This document shows positions 35,896 to 45,734 of a stretch of DNA of 64,000 nucleotides, piece after piece (position 1 is the stretch's first letter; the number at the start of each line of letters is the position of its first letter). The notes beneath the pieces are model-generated. The model had not been told where the DNA came from and ran no database searches. It saw only the letters and a list, made by a program, of their open reading frames with translations. This stretch comes from Acidobacteriota bacterium. Its GTDB lineage: Bacteria > Acidobacteriota > Vicinamibacteria > Vicinamibacterales > Fen-181. The position numbers and the translations under genes are program-made. The stretch spans positions 2,283-66,282 of the forward strand of contig JADGOB010000006.1 in the NCBI GenBank assembly GCA_017883185.1, read 5' to 3'.

Positions 35896-35971
35896 TGGTG
35901 GGCCCACCAGGATTCGAACCTGGGACAGGCCGGTTATGAGCCGGCGGCTCTGACCGCTGAGCTATGGGCCC
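35896..35971 (-). tRNA. tRNA with CAT anticodon (elongator Met, or Ile2 if lysidine-modified), CCA encoded
   Basis: 76-nt cloverleaf folded by hand: acceptor GGGCCCA/TGGGCCC, D-arm GCTC-AGCGGTCA-GAGC, anticodon arm GCCGG-CTCATAA-CCGGC, T-arm CCAGG-TTCGAAT-CCTGG, ACCA end. The G1-C72 pair argues against an initiator. Confidence 0.9.
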
Positions 35972-36077
35972 CAAACGATGACGTGCTCGGAGCGACGCGG
36001 CCAGTCGCGCTCCCGGCGCCGCAGCGACGGGACGAACCGGGCCATGAACAGTCTACCCCCTGCCGGGGTCGCCGCCA

Positions 36078-36120
36078 ACGGAAACCGTGGACGGAAACCG
36101 TGGACCCAAACCGTGGACGG
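36078..36120. repeat. 13-nt direct repeat x3 (ACGGAAACCGTGG) plus a partial fourth
   Basis: acggaaaccgtgg acggaaaccgtgg acccaaaccgtgg acgg. It lies in the 400-nt spacer between the tRNA (minus) and the blaI-like gene (plus). Confidence 0.9.
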
Positions 36121-36373
36121 GGCCGTCCGCGGGCCGGATGCCGCCGGGTATCGTCGCCATGGCGCGGCTCGGCCATGCCTAGGCGTGCTCCCAGCGCCAC
36201 CCGGGTTCACGGCGAGATCTGTGGTCTGCTGCGCGTGCGCGCTGGTGGTCGGGAACGCGCGAAAGGCGGCCTGACCGGCTCATCCTCACTCCGCACGTGA
36301 ATCCACCCGACCCGCCGTGGGCGCGGGCGAGCCTCGCGCGGCGGTGAAGTATACTCGTCATCGGTCACTCAGC

Positions 36374-36757
36374 ATGATCCACACCCCTCTGCGACCCACC
36401 GACGGTGAACTCATGATCCTGCGGGTCCTCTGGCACCGCGGGCCGAGCACTGTGCGACAGGCTCACGACGTGCTCGAGCGCGACCGGCCGACCGGCTACA
36501 CCACGGTCCTGAAACTGCTGCAGATCATGCACGAGAAAGGGCTGGTCCTACGGGACGAGTCTGAGCGCCGCCACGTCTACCGTCCGCGCGCGTCCGAGCA
36601 GCAGACCCAACGGCAGCTGGTGCGTGATCTCGCGGATCGGGCGTTCGACGGATCGATCGCACGGCTGGTCCTCCAGGCGCTCGCCGTCAGGCGGCCGAAC
36701 CGCGAGGAGATGGCCGATATCCGGGCCGCTCTGGCCGAGGCCGACCCCGAAACGTAG
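36374..36757 (+). CDS. BlaI/MecI/CopY-family winged-helix repressor (orphan; no adjacent sensor gene)
   Basis: Track ORF 36317..36757, trimmed to ATG 36374 ([31 protein letters not shown]...[18 protein letters not shown]...). The palindrome AGTATACT (36348-36355), which includes a TATACT -10-like box, lies upstream. Confidence 0.8.
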   Translation: MIHTPLRPTDGELMILRVLWHRGPSTVRQAHDVLERDRPTGYTTVLKLLQIMHEKGLVLRDESERRHVYRPRASEQQTQRQLVRDLADRAFDGSIARLVLQALAVRRPNREEMADIRAALAEADPET

Positions 36758-36872
36758 CCTACGGTCCTTGGGAGGCACGCACGAGACGGCCGCGAGGTCC
36801 GCCTCACGCCGCAAGAACAGGCCGGGTACAAGAAAAAGGCGCTGACAGGGTGTGCCCCATCGGCGCCCTTGG

Positions 36873-37062
36873 CAACCGCCCCGTCCTCGTCAGCACCGCC
36901 CCGTCCTCGTCAGCACCGACCCGTCCCCGTCAGCACCGACCCGTCCCCGTCAGCACCGCCCCGTCCTCGTCAGCACCGACCCGTCCTCTCGTCAGTTCCG
37001 CCCCGTCCTCGTCGGCACCGACCCGTCCTCGTCAGCACCGACCCGTCCCCGTCAGCACCGAC
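36873..37062. repeat. 20-bp minisatellite, about 9.5 tandem copies, two alternating variants
   Basis: Units caccgCcccgtccTcgtcag and caccgAcccgtccCcgtcag (one 21-nt, one 22-nt and one diverged unit). The array ends 2 nt before the rpoD stop codon (37065-37067). All three plus-strand frames are open across it. Confidence 0.95.
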
Positions 37063-37064
37063 TA

Positions 37065-38747
<1,683 letters not shown>

Positions 38748-38790
38748 GGGCAGTCCTCCTCGAAAACATGATGTCTACGCTGGCCGACAG

Positions 38791-40548
38791 TTACGCAATC
38801 CGCAGCCGGTTGATTTCCCGGCTCAGTTCGACTTTCCGTTGCCCCAGAACTTCCAACCGTTCGCCGGTCTCGCCGCTCGACTGCAGCTGCTCGATCTCCC
38901 GCTGCATGCCCGCTCGCTCCCGCTCGTAGCGCAGCAACCGCAATTCCGCCGCCGACTCGGCCGCCGGCACCGGCCGGACCGACTCGGCCGCCATCCCGGT
39001 GACGAGGCGCGCCTCCTCGGTATTTAGACGCGCGAGCAGCGCCGAAGGTACGTCCTCAGTCCCGCTTTCGTGCAGGCCCTGCGCTATTTCCAGGATCCTG
39101 CGCGTCAGCAATGTTTCGAAATCGTCCGGGACGAGGCCGGCCAGCGCCTCCCGCGCCCCGTCGTCATCGTGGAACAGGGCCCAGATCAGCCCTCGTTCCG
39201 CCGGTCTGATCTGGCCGAAGCTCGGCAGTTCCCGCGTCGTCAACGTCGGCCGGCGATCGACGGCCGCCTTACGGATCTCGGCGCGAACGACATCTTCCGT
39301 AATTCTGGCCTTGTGCGCGAGCCGGTCGGCGAACTGGTCGCGGCCGGCCGCGTCCGGAATCTGCGCGGCGACCGGCAGCATCCGGTTCAGGAACTCGCGC
39401 CGGACCTCGTCGCTCCCGAAATCGCGTCCCTCCGCCGCCCGGTCGATCAGGTACTCCAAGTACGGACGCGACGCCTTGAGCCGTTCCATGTACGCGCCGG
39501 CGCCCTGCTTCCGGATGAACCCGTCGGGGTCGTCCCCCGGCGGCAGCAGCGCCACGTTCACCAGGAACCCCTCCTGGACGAGCAGCAGCGACGAGCGCTC
39601 CGCCGCGCCCTGGCCCGCGGCGTCCGGATCGTAGCTGAGGACCACCTTCGCGGCAAACCGATGCAACAGGTGGGCCTGCTGCACGGTCAGCGCCGTGCCG
39701 CACGAGGCGACAACCGCCAGGACGCCAGCCTGCAGTGCCTGCGCGAAGTCGAAATACCCTTCGACCAGCACCGCGTACCCCACACGCCGGATGTCGCCCT
39801 TCGTGAGGTGCAGCCCGTAGAGCGTACGGCTCTTCGAGTAAATCGGCGTTTCCGGCGAGTTCAGGTACTTCGGCTGCTGATCCGCCTCCATCGCACGTCC
39901 GCCGAACGCGACCACCGACCCGCTGTCGCGGCAGATCGGGATCATCAACCGTCCCTTGAACCGGTCTATCGCCTGCCCGTCCTCGCGCTGCAGCACCAGG
40001 CCGCTCTTCACGAGGAGCGGCAGGTCGAATCCCTGCCGCAGCAGCCACGTCTTGAGCGCGTCGCGTGACGGAAGCGCGTAGCCGAGTCCGAGCCTGTCGA
40101 TCGTCTCGCGGCTGATCCCGCGCGCCGCCAGTTGCTGCCGTCCCCGGGTCCCGGCCGGCGAGGCGAGGTGCTCGCGGAACCTCGCCTCGGCCGCCTCGTG
40201 GATCTTCAGGAGCGTTTCGCGCTCGACGCTGTCGGTGTCGTTCGAGCCGGTTGCCTCCGGCACCGTCATGCCAAATTTGCGCGCGATCAGCCGCACCGCG
40301 TCCTGGAACCCGATCTTCTCCTGCAGTTCGACGAACTTGAAGACGTCGCCACCCGTCTGGCACCCGAAACAGTAGAAGAAGCCCTTGTCTGGGTTGACAT
40401 GGAACGACGGCATCTTCTCCCCGTGGAACGGGCACAGGCCTTTCCACGTCGATCCCGACTTCTTCAACGGCACATAATCCTGCACCACCTGGACGATGTC
40501 CGCCCGGGTGCGCAGGTCGTCGATGAAGGTCTGGGGGAGCAGGCCCAC
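38791..40548 (-). CDS. dnaG: DNA primase DnaG
   Basis: ORF track, 585 aa. Zinc finger CPFHGEKMPSFHVNPDKGFFYCFGCQTGGDVFKF and a TOPRIM region (VLVEGYFD). Confidence 0.95.
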   Translation of the reverse strand: MGLLPQTFIDDLRTRADIVQVVQDYVPLKKSGSTWKGLCPFHGEKMPSFHVNPDKGFFYCFGCQTGGDVFKFVELQEKIGFQDAVRLIARKFGMTVPEATGSNDTDSVERETLLKIHEAAEARFREHLASPAGTRGRQQLAARGISRETIDRLGLGYALPSRDALKTWLLRQGFDLPLLVKSGLVLQREDGQAIDRFKGRLMIPICRDSGSVVAFGGRAMEADQQPKYLNSPETPIYSKSRTLYGLHLTKGDIRRVGYAVLVEGYFDFAQALQAGVLAVVASCGTALTVQQAHLLHRFAAKVVLSYDPDAAGQGAAERSSLLLVQEGFLVNVALLPPGDDPDGFIRKQGAGAYMERLKASRPYLEYLIDRAAEGRDFGSDEVRREFLNRMLPVAAQIPDAAGRDQFADRLAHKARITEDVVRAEIRKAAVDRRPTLTTRELPSFGQIRPAERGLIWALFHDDDGAREALAGLVPDDFETLLTRRILEIAQGLHESGTEDVPSALLARLNTEEARLVTGMAAESVRPVPAAESAAELRLLRYERERAGMQREIEQLQSSGETGERLEVLGQRKVELSREINRLRIA

Positions 40549-40550
40549 CT

Positions 40551-43070
40551 CTACTCCTTCAACTCCACCACGGTGACGCCGCCGCCGCCACGCTCCGGCA
40601 GCGCCTGCTGGTAGCCGGCCACGAGCGGGTGGTTCTTCAGGTACTCGGTGATCGCCCGTCGCAGCTGCCCGGTGCCGTACCCGTGGATCACGCGAACGGT
40701 CCGCTGTTCGGCCAGCAGCGTGTCATCGAGGAACCGCTCGGTCCGCGCCAGCGCCTCTTCCACCGTGCACCCGATGACGTTCAGGTCGCCAATGACGCCG
40801 TCGCCCCGGGGCTGGAGCTGGACGTTGACGCTCACGCGGCCGGCGTCCTTCTCGACCGCCGACCCGCCCTTCGAGACGAGCCGGAGGTCGGCCGCGCGCG
40901 CGCGCAGCCGCTTGCCGTGGATGTCGATCTCGGCGTCGTCGCCGTGCAGCAGCGCGAGTGTGCCTTCGAGACCCAGCCCGGCCACGGTCACGCGGTCGCC
41001 GATCGCGGGGCGACCTTCGAAGGTGACGGGCGGCTCGAGACGAGGGGGCTCGCCGCCGTGGAACCGCGCCGCGGCTTCGTCGATGGCCTGCCGCGCTTCG
41101 ACGCGCGCCGAGCCGGCATCGCCCGTCGAGATGGGCGGGCCGCTGAAGGTGCGCTTCGACAGCCGCCGTTCGGCCTCCGCGGTCATGTCGGACGCTTTCT
41201 TCTTGAGGTCGTCGATGACCTTGTCGATCTCGCGCCGCGCATCGCGAAGCCGCTCGTCCAGTCGGTCCTCGGTCCTGCGCCGGAACGTCTCCTCACGCTG
41301 GCGCAGCCCCTCTTCGCGCAGCTTCAGGCGCGTCTCGGACTCGCCGACCGCCTGGCGCTCGCGCGCGACCAGCCGGCGCTCGTGCTCCAGGTCGTGAAGG
41401 CTCTGGTCGATCCTGGCCAGGTGCTCGGCGAGTTGCGCGTCACGGGCGCTCAGGTTGTGACGGGCCCGGGCGAGGACCGTGGCGCCCAGGCCCAGCCGGC
41501 CGGCAATTTCGAGCGCCAGGCTGCGACCGGGCGACCCGTAGACCAGGCGATAGCTTGGCGCAAACGACACGGGGTCGAAGCCGAAGGCCGCCACCGTCAC
41601 GCCGGGAGTCGTCGTCGCATACGTCTTGACCGCGTCGCTGTGGCTGGTGCAGATGACGACCGCGCCGCGATTCCTGAAGTGGTCCACGACCGCCGTGGCC
41701 AGCGCGCCGCCTTCGGCCGGATCCGTGCCAGACCCCAGCTCGTCGAACAGCACCAGCGCCGGCAAGGCCAGCATCCGCTCCATCGAGACGAAGTTGGAGA
41801 CGTGCCAGGAGAAGGTGCTCAGATTCGCCGCGATCGACTGCTCGTCGCCGATGTCGGCGAACACGCCGCGGAACACCGGGAGGCGCGAGCCCGGGGCGGC
41901 CGGGATGTGCAGGCCAGCCTGCGCCATCAGCGCCAGGAGCCCTGTGGTCTTGAGCGCAACCGTCTTGCCGCCCGTGTTCGGGCCCGTGATGACGAGGACC
42001 GTGGCCGGCGGCGCGACGAGAATATCCACCGGCACCGGTTCCGCCGGTTGTTCGCGGGCGTCCTGGCGCTCGCGTCCCTCGTCCGCATCGTTCGCCGAGG
42101 TGGACGACGCCGCGGCAAGGCGCTCGGTGACCGCGCGGATCAGGAGCGGGTGGCGCGCCGAGTGCAGCTCGAGCCCCCCGTCATTCGACATCACCGGTTC
42201 GACGCCGCCGACCAGGCGCGAGAATCGCGCCTTGGCCTGCACGACGTCGAGTTCCGTGGCCGATTCGACCGTCCGCTGGAAGTCGCCGGCGCGGCGGCGG
42301 AACGCGTCGGTCAGCGCCAGCAGGATGCGCCGGATTTCCGCGGCTTCCTGCTCTTCCATGGCCACCACGTCGTTGTTGATCTCGACGGTGCTGAGCGGCT
42401 CGAGGTACAGGCTTGCCCCGCTCGCCGAACTGCCGTGGATGATGCCCGGGATGGCCGACCGGTGCTCGGCGCGCACGACGAGGACGTAGCGCCCGTTGCG
42501 ATCGGTGACGACCTGGTCCTGGAGGTAACGGGAGGTGTCCCGTCCCCGCAAGTACGACTCAAGCGTGTTCCGGAGACGGGCGCGCTGTTTGCGGAGGCGG
42601 TCACGGATCGCGCGAAGCTCGCCGCTCGCGTGGTCGTTGACGTCGCCGCTGCCGTCGATCTTCTCACGGATGTCGCCCACTTCCGACTTGAACGACGACC
42701 CCATCTCGACCAGCGACGCCAGATACACGTAGTTGCCGGCGGCCCGCCGGACCGCGGCGCGGGTCTGCTCGAGCGAGTCGAGGAAGTCGGCAAGGCCCAG
42801 CAGCCGGAGCGGTTCGAGCGGGCGCCCCTCCACGGCCAGCGCAGACAGGCTGGTGTCGATGTCGGATGGGGCCTGGAGCGGGAAAAGACCGCCGTCAGCC
42901 AGGTAGCGCGTCCCCTCGCTGGTCGCCCCGAGCCACTGCGCGACGCGTCGCGGGTCGGACTGCGGGCGCAATGACGCCAGCCGGTCGCGCCCGAGGGGCG
43001 TCGCGGCGAAACTGCCCACCGCCTCGACGATCCGGTGAAACTCCAGGGCTTGCTGCGCAGCTCGCTGCAT
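40551..43070 (-). CDS. mutS2: endonuclease MutS2 (MutS domain V ATPase plus C-terminal Smr)
   Basis: ORF track, 839 aa. Walker A ITGPNTGGKTVALK; Smr end VRVIHGYGTGQLRRAITEYLKNHPLV. The stop is 2 nt from the dnaG start. Confidence 0.93.
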   Translation of the reverse strand: MQRAAQQALEFHRIVEAVGSFAATPLGRDRLASLRPQSDPRRVAQWLGATSEGTRYLADGGLFPLQAPSDIDTSLSALAVEGRPLEPLRLLGLADFLDSLEQTRAAVRRAAGNYVYLASLVEMGSSFKSEVGDIREKIDGSGDVNDHASGELRAIRDRLRKQRARLRNTLESYLRGRDTSRYLQDQVVTDRNGRYVLVVRAEHRSAIPGIIHGSSASGASLYLEPLSTVEINNDVVAMEEQEAAEIRRILLALTDAFRRRAGDFQRTVESATELDVVQAKARFSRLVGGVEPVMSNDGGLELHSARHPLLIRAVTERLAAASSTSANDADEGRERQDAREQPAEPVPVDILVAPPATVLVITGPNTGGKTVALKTTGLLALMAQAGLHIPAAPGSRLPVFRGVFADIGDEQSIAANLSTFSWHVSNFVSMERMLALPALVLFDELGSGTDPAEGGALATAVVDHFRNRGAVVICTSHSDAVKTYATTTPGVTVAAFGFDPVSFAPSYRLVYGSPGRSLALEIAGRLGLGATVLARARHNLSARDAQLAEHLARIDQSLHDLEHERRLVARERQAVGESETRLKLREEGLRQREETFRRRTEDRLDERLRDARREIDKVIDDLKKKASDMTAEAERRLSKRTFSGPPISTGDAGSARVEARQAIDEAAARFHGGEPPRLEPPVTFEGRPAIGDRVTVAGLGLEGTLALLHGDDAEIDIHGKRLRARAADLRLVSKGGSAVEKDAGRVSVNVQLQPRGDGVIGDLNVIGCTVEEALARTERFLDDTLLAEQRTVRVIHGYGTGQLRRAITEYLKNHPLVAGYQQALPERGGGGVTVVELKE

Positions 43071-43293
43071 ATCGGGATTTGGAGACCGGGCTCAGGAAGG
43101 CACGGACTACACGTCCGTCGGCCAACCGCACAAGCGGAGGCAACCCCCTAGACTACCACAGGCATGGTAGATAGGGGATCAAAATTGATGACCGCCGGAA
43201 ATCACTCGCGGAGTGGTTCTCTCGTGCGGTGTGGTCGGCACCGACGCCGCAGGTCGCGAGCCACACGTCGCAAGCCAACTGGTCGTGTTGAGC

Positions 43294-44052
43294 CTACAGG
43301 TGATTGATCAGGCTGGCAATGGTGGCGGCCCCGAACCCATTGTCGATGTTCACCACCGAGACCCCTCCGGCGCAACTGTTGAGCATGCCGAGGAGCGCGG
43401 CGATCCCCCCAAAGCTGGCGCCGTAGCCGATGCTCGTCGGCACCGCGATGATCGGGACCCTCACCAACCCTCCGATCACGCTCGGCAGCGCCCCCTCCAT
43501 CCCGGCCGCGACGATGATCACGCGCGCCGCAGTGAGGCGATCGTGCGCGCTCAGCAGGCGGTGCAACCCGGCCACGCCGACATCGAAGAGCCGCTCCGTC
43601 TGGTTCCCCATCAGCTCGGCCGTCACCACCGCTTCTTCAGCCACCGGCAGGTCTGCCGTGCCCGCGGCGACCACCAGTACGGTTCCCTTTCCGGGTGCGA
43701 TGTCCTGTTGCTGCAACGTGATAGCCCTGGCGACCGGGTGGAAGACGCCGGCCGGCACCTCGGCCAGAACCGCGGCATAGGCCGTCTCGTCGGTCCGCGT
43801 CACCAGCAGCGAATGCCCCCTGGCTACGATCCGGGCGGCAATGGCCGCGATGTGGGCCGGGGTTTTGCCTGTACCCAGGATGACCTCGGGAAAACCCTGT
43901 CGGAGGGCGCGGTGATGGTCTATCCGGGCGAACCCGATGTCCTCGTAGGGAAGTTCCCGGAGGTAGTCGAGGAGGCGCTGCTCGGCCTCGCCGGCTGGCA
44001 ACGTGCCCGAGGACACCTGCTCGAGGATGTCGCGAAGAGGCGGCAGATTCAT
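43294..44052 (-). CDS. larB: LarB-like (PurE-family) nickel-pincer cofactor biosynthesis protein
   Basis: C-terminal 252 aa of track ORF 43294..45069, from ATG 44052 (MNLPPLRDILEQV...ARIDHHRALRQGFPEVILGTGKT...VVAAGTADLPVAEEA...AGMEGALPSV). The upstream extension overlaps the divergent GT2 gene. Confidence 0.8.
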   Translation of the reverse strand: MNLPPLRDILEQVSSGTLPAGEAEQRLLDYLRELPYEDIGFARIDHHRALRQGFPEVILGTGKTPAHIAAIAARIVARGHSLLVTRTDETAYAAVLAEVPAGVFHPVARAITLQQQDIAPGKGTVLVVAAGTADLPVAEEAVVTAELMGNQTERLFDVGVAGLHRLLSAHDRLTAARVIIVAAGMEGALPSVIGGLVRVPIIAVPTSIGYGASFGGIAALLGMLNSCAGGVSVVNIDNGFGAATIASLINHL

Positions 44053-44078
44053 GGGCGGCTCCGGAGCGAGACGACGGT

Positions 44079-44106
44079 TTGACTTGTCATGACTCGGCTG
44101 TATAAT
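44079..44106 (+). promoter_or_regulatory. near-consensus sigma70 promoter for the processive GT2 gene
   Basis: TTGACT (44079-44084), a 16-nt spacer, then TATAAT (44101-44106), 37 nt upstream of ATG 44143. The spacer contains the palindrome GTCATGAC. Confidence 0.6.
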
Positions 44107-44142
44107 TGAGTGTTTGTTGACCAACCAAGAGACACTGACCAT

Positions 44143-45639
44143 ATGACGCCCACTGAAACCCTGATCCTCGGGGCGTATTTTTTCATCCTGAGCATCCTCG
44201 CCCTCTACGGTTGGCACCGCTACTTCCTTGTGTATCTTTACATGAAGCACAAGGGCGACAAAGTCGCGACGCCGGTCGTGCCGGAGACATGGCCCGCGGT
44301 CACGGTGCAGTTGCCGCTGTACAACGAGATGTACGTCGTGGACCGCCTCGTCGAGGCGGTGTGCCGGATGGACTACCCGAAGGATCGCCTCGAAATCCAG
44401 GTCCTCGACGATTCCAACGACGAGACCCAGGACATCGCTCGTCTCGCCGTGCATCGCTACGCGGCGCAGGGCTTCGACATCAAGTACATCCACCGCGACG
44501 ATCGCCTCGGCTACAAGGCCGGGGCGCTCGAGGCGGCGCTGAAGGTGGCGACCGGCCGCTTCGTCGCGATCTTCGACGCCGACTTCGTGCCGTCCGCCGA
44601 TTTCCTGAAACGCACGGTGCCGTACTTCGCGGAACCGCGCGTGGCGATGGTTCAGGCGCGCTGGACGCATCTGAACCAGGATTTCTCGCTGCTCACGAAG
44701 GTCCAGTCGATCCTGCTCGACGCCCACTTCGTCCTCGAGCACGGCGGACGCAACCGGTCCGGCCGGTTCTTCAATTTCAACGGCACCGCCGGTATCTGGC
44801 GGCCTGAAGCCATCGCGGATGGCGGCGGCTGGCAGCACGACACCCTGACCGAGGACCTCGACCTGAGCTACCGCACGCAGCTCAAGGGCTGGAAGTTCGT
44901 CTTCCTCCCCGACCTCGAGGCCCCCGCGGAAGTGCCGGTCGAGATGAACGGGTTCAAGTCGCAGCAGCATCGCTGGGCGAAGGGGTCGATCCAGACCTGC
45001 CTGAAGCTGCTGCCGCACATCCTCCGCTCGAACGCGTCGTTCGAAGTGAAGGCCGAGGCGTTCATGCACCTGACGGCCAACTTCAACTACCTGTTGATGA
45101 TCGTCCTGTGCCTGCTGATCTTCCCGTCGATGGTGATCCGGTACAACATGGGTTGGTACGAGATGCTCCTCATCGACGTGCCGCTCTTCTTCGCCGCCAC
45201 CGCCTCGGTCGCCAACTTCTACATCGTCTCCCAGCGCGAGCTGTACCCGCTCGACTGGAAGTCGCGGCTGAAGTACGTGCCGTTCCTGATGTCGATTGGC
45301 ATCGGGTTGTCGGTGAACAACACGCGCGCGGTCATCGAGGCCGTGCTCGGCAAGCAGAGCGAGTTCGCCCGCACGCCGAAGTACGGCGTGGTGCAGCGCG
45401 AGACCGACGAATGGCAGACCAAGAAGTATCGCCAGTCGGTGGCGATCCAGCCGTTGGTCGAGCTGATGCTCGGCCTGTATTTCACCTGGACGGTGTTCTA
45501 CGCGCTCGCGAATGGCATCTACGCCACGGTGCCCTTTCTGATGCTCTTTCAGGTCGGCTTCCTCTACACCGGCGTCCTGTCGGTGGTGCAGCAGTACGCG
45601 GGCGAGAGCGTGGTGCTCAAGACAGAGGTGGCGAAATAG
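44143..45639 (+). CDS. processive GT2 beta-glycosyltransferase, cellulose-synthase-like (multi-TM)
   Basis: Track ORF 44110..45639, trimmed to ATG 44143 because the TATAAT box overlaps the GTG at 44110. D,D,D,QxxRW signature: VLDDSND, FDADF, TEDLDLS, QQHRWAKG. N- and C-terminal TM helices. Confidence 0.85.
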   Translation: MTPTETLILGAYFFILSILALYGWHRYFLVYLYMKHKGDKVATPVVPETWPAVTVQLPLYNEMYVVDRLVEAVCRMDYPKDRLEIQVLDDSNDETQDIARLAVHRYAAQGFDIKYIHRDDRLGYKAGALEAALKVATGRFVAIFDADFVPSADFLKRTVPYFAEPRVAMVQARWTHLNQDFSLLTKVQSILLDAHFVLEHGGRNRSGRFFNFNGTAGIWRPEAIADGGGWQHDTLTEDLDLSYRTQLKGWKFVFLPDLEAPAEVPVEMNGFKSQQHRWAKGSIQTCLKLLPHILRSNASFEVKAEAFMHLTANFNYLLMIVLCLLIFPSMVIRYNMGWYEMLLIDVPLFFAATASVANFYIVSQRELYPLDWKSRLKYVPFLMSIGIGLSVNNTRAVIEAVLGKQSEFARTPKYGVVQRETDEWQTKKYRQSVAIQPLVELMLGLYFTWTVFYALANGIYATVPFLMLFQVGFLYTGVLSVVQQYAGESVVLKTEVAK

Positions 45640-45668
45640 TCGCCAGATGTCCCCCGTTCACCCTCCGG

Positions 45669-45717
45669 ATTCTGACTTCTGAATTCTGTCTTCTGACTTC
45701 CGACTTCTCCCTCCTGC
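45669..45717. repeat. heptanucleotide array, 7 units (ATTCTGA/CTTCTGA family)
   Basis: attctga cttctga attctgt cttctga cttccga cttctcc ctcctgc, followed directly by TATAAT (45718-45723), 11 nt before the lepA ATG. Confidence 0.95.
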
Positions 45718-45734
45718 TATAATTCTGAGATCCG

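Noticed and set aside
36873-37062. Considered as a CRISPR array
   Set aside because: The repeats are directly contiguous with no spacers, the unit is only 20 bp, and there are no cas genes in the window. It is a minisatellite.
40629-42974. 781-aa plus-strand ORF
   Set aside because: It is a shadow ORF antisense to mutS2.
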